64,000 nt of DNA, from assembly GCF_038025025.1 (NCBI RefSeq), contig NW_027117340.1, forward strand, positions 372,001-436,000, read 5' to 3'. Below, piece after piece: positions 57,979 to 64,000 of the stretch. The notes under the pieces were generated by a model. That model ran no database searches and was not told where the DNA came from. It was given only the letters and a program-made list of their open reading frames with translations. A program made the translations under genes and the position numbers. This DNA is from Phyllosticta citribraziliensis. Its lineage: Eukaryota. Position 1 is the stretch's first letter. Each line of letters starts with the position of its first letter.

Positions 57979-59045
57979 AGGACCGGAGCATCAAAAGCAT
58001 ACGAGGGGTTTTGTAGTCTAATGAGGAGCGACAGAAGAAGCATTTGGTGATACAGGGAGTGCTAGATTAGAGCATATGACATGTAACCTGTAGGGAGCCT
58101 GTCTGAATGATTGACATGATGCAGCATGGATATGGTCCGAAGCTGAGGGATGCCGGCATCACCAAGTGCCGTGTATATTGCGAGCGGCTGGCGAGTGGAA
58201 ACGCAAGAGAAGCCGGAGAGGGCAAACAAGGCGAAAACAAACGCGAGGCAGGATTCGGTGCGGTGGGTGTTTGTAGAAGCGCCGTGCCGTATCGGGATCC
58301 CCATCCAAGTGCCGCCTGGCCGTCCGAGCGCTTGCATTCCGACCACACGATGCCTAGCTCTACAGTAGTTGAACATTGCGATACTGTAGATGGACGGCAA
58401 GTCTCCAGAAATGAGAGCCGGGACGCGAAACCTCGTGGTCCAAGCTGCAGGGTTGCAACGAATCAAGGGCGGAGCGGGTGCACAAAGCGGCGGCGGCGTG
58501 GGATTCCGTTGTTCTAGTCCAGGAAGGTCGACCAGGAAGCTCAGGGCCCAAGGCCAAGGGGCGAGGGGACATGTCGGGTGAGGGCAGAACGGAAGCAAGC
58601 AAACATCCAAAGCAAAGCAGACTAACCACCATCGGGCCCGGCGATTGTATCAGTCGACCCTCCGCTGAGCCTGACGCTGGCCCACGGACCTCTCCCGCTC
58701 CCGCCATCTCCAGTCCATCGGCAGTCCAGCTCCACCCGCGACCATCATTCCCACCTGCCTTAGCCCACCTCGTCCTCGACCTCGACCTCGACCTCGATCC
58801 GCCCGCCCTCTCTTCTTCTCTCTCGCTCTCTCGCTCTCTCTCCACCACCAGGGCTTGCCTCACCTGCCGTGTCTTTCAGTGCGTCCCACCCCTTGCCATC
58901 CTCAGCTACCCCAGCTTACACGCCTGCCGCGCCAGCTTCCCCCCGATTCGACGACGCGAATCCAACACAGCTCGACTCTTCCACCGACTCTCCCATAGCG
59001 CGCCCCTCCTGCATCACTACGCACCGGCTGAATCGCCCCTCCAAC

Positions 59046-61494
59046 ATGGTCTCCGAGGACCTTTACGAGCTGTGCCTGCCTGTCCTGCAGGACGACGCGC
59101 TTGAAGATGAGGACAAGACCGAGAAGCTCGAGGACCTGATTCGCGACAAGACCTCGCTCGCCGGCAAGCCACTCGAGGATGCCGTCCTCGACTCCCTGTG
59201 GCGATTTCGAGCCTCCAACAGCTCGTCCGCATCTCCTCCACCGGTCCGCCATACAATCATCCGCCGCTCGTCCCCGGCGCCATGGCAGGTTGGAAGAGCG
59301 CCCACCCCCTCCAACTCTTCCCCTCGCGTAGCTCCACCCCCAGGCTTCGGCGTCGCGCCCCCTGGCTTCTCGCGCGCAAAATCGTCCACGGCCTCTCCCT
59401 TTACTTCACCGCGACCATCACCCCGCCTTGCTTACGCAACCCCACACATTCCACACAGCCCGAACCTGAACGCCTACGAGTTCAGCGAACCCAGCCATAC
59501 GCCAGACATCTACGGCGACTATGGCAGCGACACCGTCGACTGGCTGGTGAATGATGATGTGGTCAGCGTTTCGTCGTCTCTCCCTGGCGACGGCTCGCTG
59601 AACGGGGCCGCTGCCGAGTGGGTCCAGCCATACACAGCCAACATGACCCCTTACGACATGCTGCGCTCAATCCTCCGTGATGAACGCTCAGATGAGGAGA
59701 TCCAAAGAGCTCTGGAAGAGAATGGCTATGACTTTACAGCAACCATCCAGGCAATGATGGACAGCCAAGGCCTGAACGGCTCGCATGCGTTACTACTCAA
59801 CCAGCCCGAGAAGACGTTTGTCGTTGGAAAATCAATGAGCCCATCTTTCAGGCCTGCAACCCCCTCGGCGCAGACTAAAACCCATGTCTTGTGCAAGTAT
59901 TGGCTGCAAAACGGCCAATGTGCGCGTGCAGACTGCCGATTCAGCCATGATCCTAGCAAGACTGTCTGCAAGTAAGTGATGTCAACATTTTGGCTTGTGT
60001 TTCTTACAGGTCTAACTTGAGTAGGTATTGGCTCTCTGGAAACTGCTTGGCCGGTGAAACATGTCTATTCTCCCACGACCCAGCCAGCCTCTTATCCAAG
60101 ATGTCGCTGGAAGGAAGTGCAACTCCACCTGCCCAACCAAATTTCCAGGTCCAAGACTATGAAGCATTCCCATCTCTACAGCAAACATCTCAAGTCAGCA
60201 TGAGCCAGTATCTGCACCTAAAAGATTCCGGCCTAGAGCAGTACTACAATGTTTCAGGGGTGGCGACGCCACCGCCCGGACTCAGTCCATTTCCGACCTT
60301 CACGCCGAGTTCAGCTCGCTCTCATTCGAGGCCTTCAAGCAGCCGCCAAGTATCTCACTCCCGGGCATCAACGCCATCCGCACCAGCAGCGGACGATCCG
60401 GAGGCTTTCCCGAGCCTTGCATCAGCAGCTGCCGCAAAAAGCGGGAAGAGACACCACGGTAAGCGTGGTGGCCACGGCCATGGTAGCAAGGAAACCTCGC
60501 AGCCCAATACGCTTGCAGAGGTGGTGCGCATGTCTCCCTCGCCTGCTCCCACGCAGCCGCGCAAGGGCCTTCGCACTGCAAAGAGCTTCAATGGGAGCAG
60601 GGAGAACAGCGCTGCCGCCCAGGCCATTCCCCCCCCTGAGCATATCCCTTGGCTCGAGACTGGCGAGGCTGCCAACAAGGCTTATCTGAAGGCTCGACAG
60701 GAAGCTTTTAAGCACGGTGGTCTTCGGAACAAATTCTTGCAGAGGTATGTGTTTGGAGCCCCGTTTGTTTTGCCGTTGTTGACTCGTTACAGTGCTGCTC
60801 AGGCATGGAATCGCAACGATTCTCGCGCGGCCAAAGCCCTCAGTCTGCGGGGCCAGAGTGAGAACAATCTTATGCGCCAGGCGCACCGCGAAGCCGCGGA
60901 GTATCTTTACAACGAGCGCAACAAGGACAACAGCCCCAATGCCAAGGAGCTCTACGTCGATCTCCACGGTACGTCTGAGACCTTGACCCAACACACAAAC
61001 AAGAGCCCTACACTAATCTTGCCCTCGCAGGCCTTCATCCCGAAGAATCAGTACAGTATCTCTCCAAAATCCTCATGGCGCACCAGCACTCGTCGCGGCC
61101 CATGTACGCCATCACGGGAACGGGCCACCACTCGAAGAACGGTAAGGACAAGGTCGGTAAGGCCGTCCGCGGCTTCCTCAATGAGTGGCGCTACGTCTTC
61201 CGCGAGTTCTCGGTCCCCGGCGACCGCGGCAATGTCGGCGGCATCCTGGGCATCGACCCCAGCTCTTGGGACCGCAGCCTCGAACGCGATCGGCTGGACT
61301 CGGGCGTCGGTGAAGAGCAGGGTGCTGTGGAGAAGCAGGGCGAGAGTGCCAAGGTTCGCGTCATCAAGGCCGAGGAGGTCAAGCCGCCTGGTGCTGGTGC
61401 CGTGTCGTCGTCTTCGGTATCGTCATCGTCGGCCGGTGGCAGTGCGTCGACGCCGGCAGAGGGCCCTGCTGCAGTCATTCATAAGGGTAGGTGA
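59046..61494 (+). CDS. CCCH zinc-finger and Smr-domain protein; introns 59972-60024, 60745-60792, 60969-61030
   Basis: Two CCCH fingers (CKYWLQNGQCARADCRFSH, CKYWLSGNCLAGETCLFSH), DUF1771-like AAQAWNRNDSRAAKALSLRG, Smr motifs VDLHGLHPEE and YAITGTGHHS. The 3' end could extend to 61576 through a further intron. Confidence 0.9.
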
Positions 61495-62881
61495 CAGGAG
61501 TCATTACAATAGAACAAATATCAATTCTTTTCCAGACTGTTTGGCCTGTTTGTTCCAACGAGTGAGCTGGATCTGACTCTTGTGCCTCGTGCCCTCCCCC
61601 TTTCTTGCCTTGGGCCCACGTCACAGTCGATCCACGTTTCTGTTGTGCAAGGTGACTATTCGTTTAAGAGGAGGTTGAAAGCGAGTGCGGGGACTATTGA
61701 CGACGTGCAGACGAGAAGCCGGACAACTTGGAAACAACTTCGAAAGAGGAATGTAGCTGTAGATGATGGCACGGCTGAACGCGACAGCCAGGTCAGCGAG
61801 CGAGCTTCCTTCCATCCGACTGATGACAGGACGTTGAGCACCCACCGCAAAACAAAGTGTTTCATTTTTGAAAGAGCGAAGAATGATGGAAGACAGGGTC
61901 GGAGGTACGTGAAGACGCTGGCACAAACTGAGTGGCGAGGTCAGTGAGCTAGCGTCGAGCATGGAGTGGAAGAAAATCGAGGACTTACATGTTACAGCGA
62001 GACGAAGCTGATTTCGACACTGACCATTGCAGACGCAAGTGCCGCAGACCGCGAGCATTGAGACGCCAGGAGCGCACAGCAACACCCAGCAGCCTTCATT
62101 TGGTTGTTTCCCCCGAGCGAGTACACGCAGCAGGCGACCCACCCACCCCAGCATTGCTCTCACGAAGCAACCCACAAAGCCCGCAAGGCGCGGCCACCGT
62201 CGTCGCCTCCCTCAGAGAGAGAGACTCGACTGGCCGCGCCGTCCGAGGCCCCGCAAGCCCCTCGCGTGAGCTGAAGAAGTTGCCGATACTCCTCGCCCTG
62301 TCCGTGGGCTGCTCCGTCTCGTGAGCCGGAGCGGACTGCTCAGCCGTCCAGACTTAGTGGTCACCGACCCAAGGTGCCCGGCAGTGCAATGGGCAGTTGA
62401 GTTTGGCTTTGGCCGCCTCGGCCATCCGACGGAGCCCCTCGTGCGTGCTGGTCATTGGGGTCCATCGGAGGTGAGGTCCACCGCTTGAGGGAGGGGCCTG
62501 GCTCCGGTCCGCTCAGCTGCTGTGTTTGCGTGTTGGACACGCTCGACAGAGCTTGACGGATTGAAGGGGGGGAGAAAAGTGCTTGGGCAGAGAGGGTCGT
62601 GCAATGGGAGGGATAGGCAAGTGGATTGAATAGAAAAGGCCCAGGAGCAAAGAGATGCATCGAATCTTGTGGAGGGAGGGTTGACAGAAGGAGAGGAAGA
62701 GGTTGCGAATGGGCGGCCGACGGGCTTTTATAGTCGGTAAAGCTGCTGTGCGGCGGGCAGAATCACTCCAAAGGAAGGTGCCTTCGTTGCGCGGGCCCTG
62801 CTCCATCCTCCTACTCGAGAGTTGCAAGGTGCATTGCACAAGTTTGAAAAGTGTTAAAATACATGTTCATACGACGCACCA

Positions 62882-64000
62882 CTACGGACCACCACTGAAG
62901 CTCCCCCTCTCAATCGCGGATCCCACCACCACATCGCCACTGATGACGCCCGTCGTAGCAACGACCAGCCTCTTTGGCCTGCCATCTTCCTGCAGCGCCT
63001 TCGCCACGAAACGGAGCGCTGCCACTTCCGCCCTCGTGATGCCTCCGAGGAAGAACAACATGACCGTCTTGCCCTCTCCCGAACTGCTGCCATTCAGCAC
63101 CTGTCTTGCTCTGGCAGCCTTCTCTTCCCCTGTTTGCACCTCGTCGACGGTGGAACCCCGGATCTGACTGAGGATGTTGTCGAACGGACGCCAGCCCTGT
63201 GCGTGAGAAGAAACCGCAGGCGGCGCGGCAGGCTGGGCGGTGTTTCCAGTACGCGTGGCGGATGAAGACAGTGTGCTCACGTAGTCCTTTTGGAGAATGC
63301 ACTGCACCAAACGAACGCTGAGGGGTGCGTAGCCTGAGAATACGTAGGCAATGTCGTCTGGCTCTGCCTCGTTGACTTCGTCCACGATCAGCGTCAGGTT
63401 CCGTCGCACCGCCGTGTAGTTGGTGATTTGGTTTGTCTTGACGCCTGAAAGAGCAGCACTGACTCCCAGTCCACTTGTTGTGCGCGGAATGAGCAGTCCT
63501 GCTTTTTCAAGGGACGTCAGCGTCAGCAAATGCTGATGGCCGTAGGCATGGAGAATTGCGCGTCTGAAGTTTTCAAAGTCCCGTGGCCGCAAGCCTTGAC
63601 TGAGTGTGCTCTCGAGGCACAACAAGCGCAGCATAGTTTCGATCCTCACTCCGCGAGCCATGAGCTCCTCAATGTTGTCGTGCTGCGTGTTGGGGTCAGC
63701 GCCAGCGGCGAGATTCTGTTGCACCTCCAAGACCCGGGAGAAGATGTCAGAGCGAGTATGCTTGATGATTTCCTCGGCGAGCGAGGTGTGCAACTTCAGA
63801 GAAGCTTGCTCAGCCTGGAAGCCGGGAAGCTTCGCCACAAAGTCTCGCAGCTCAGACGTCGTCTTCTGTGCAATGTTTCGATTTTCGTACGATGATTGAA
63901 GACGGCGAGCCACTTTGTTCAGAAGAGGTCCGACAGTTGCGAAGTTGGTATCTCTGAGGGTGCTGTACAAGGTATCTGAGGGGTCGAGAGGTATTTTTCG
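62882..64000 (-). CDS. VPS33: Sec1/Munc18-family vacuolar sorting protein Vps33; 5' part outside the window
   Basis: LRDTNFATVGPLLN, ELRDFVAKLP, SLKLHTSLAE, LRLLCLES, EPDDIAYVFSGYAPLSVRLVQ, FFLGGITRAEVAALRF. Confidence 0.93.
   Translation of the reverse strand, partial: RKIPLDPSDTLYSTLRDTNFATVGPLLNKVARRLQSSYENRNIAQKTTSELRDFVAKLPGFQAEQASLKLHTSLAEEIIKHTRSDIFSRVLEVQQNLAAGADPNTQHDNIEELMARGVRIETMLRLLCLESTLSQGLRPRDFENFRRAILHAYGHQHLLTLTSLEKAGLLIPRTTSGLGVSAALSGVKTNQITNYTAVRRNLTLIVDEVNEAEPDDIAYVFSGYAPLSVRLVQCILQKDYVSTLSSSATRTGNTAQPAAPPAVSSHAQGWRPFDNILSQIRGSTVDEVQTGEEKAARARQVLNGSSSGEGKTVMLFFLGGITRAEVAALRFVAKALQEDGRPKRLVVATTGVISGDVVVGSAIERGSFSGGP

Noticed and set aside
1..64000. CRISPR array or prokaryotic defence system
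   Set aside because: Eukaryotic spliceosomal gene structure throughout; the repeats are simple microsatellites with no repeat-spacer pattern.

Overview
Gene-dense, GC-rich, intron-containing eukaryotic DNA from a filamentous ascomycete (Pezizomycotina; a Dothideomycete-like origin is my inference from gene style and short GT..CTRAC..AG introns). About 20 protein-coding genes can be supported: a CUE-domain ASCC2/Cue3-like gene, RPS20 (uS10), a metallo-beta-lactamase-fold protein, a zinc-finger protein, GRASP/Grh1, TGS1, TAF1, histone H1, MSS4, NADPH oxidase NoxB, an SDR, EMG1, a glyoxalase/VOC protein with a long disordered tail, an IFI6/IFI27-like membrane protein, an orphan basic ORF, a frameshifted protein kinase, COQ6, an FAH-family hydrolase, a coiled-coil orphan, eIF4A, an F-box/JmjC protein, a CCCH/Smr protein and the 3' part of VPS33. 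Two RNA genes absent from the ORF track were read from the sequence: an intron-containing tRNA-Val(AAC), and an snR38-like box C/D snoRNA inside an intron just downstream of the RPS20 stop codon. The most notable observations are that snoRNA arrangement, the head-to-head pairing of the Cue3-like gene with uS10 (its ubiquitinated target in yeast), an unusually long structured intron with a possible poison exon in the JmjC gene, and a poorly conserved-looking block (37-43.5 kb) next to the tRNA. No transposon or CRISPR array was recognised. Exon boundaries were read by eye and family calls come from motif recognition, not database searches.
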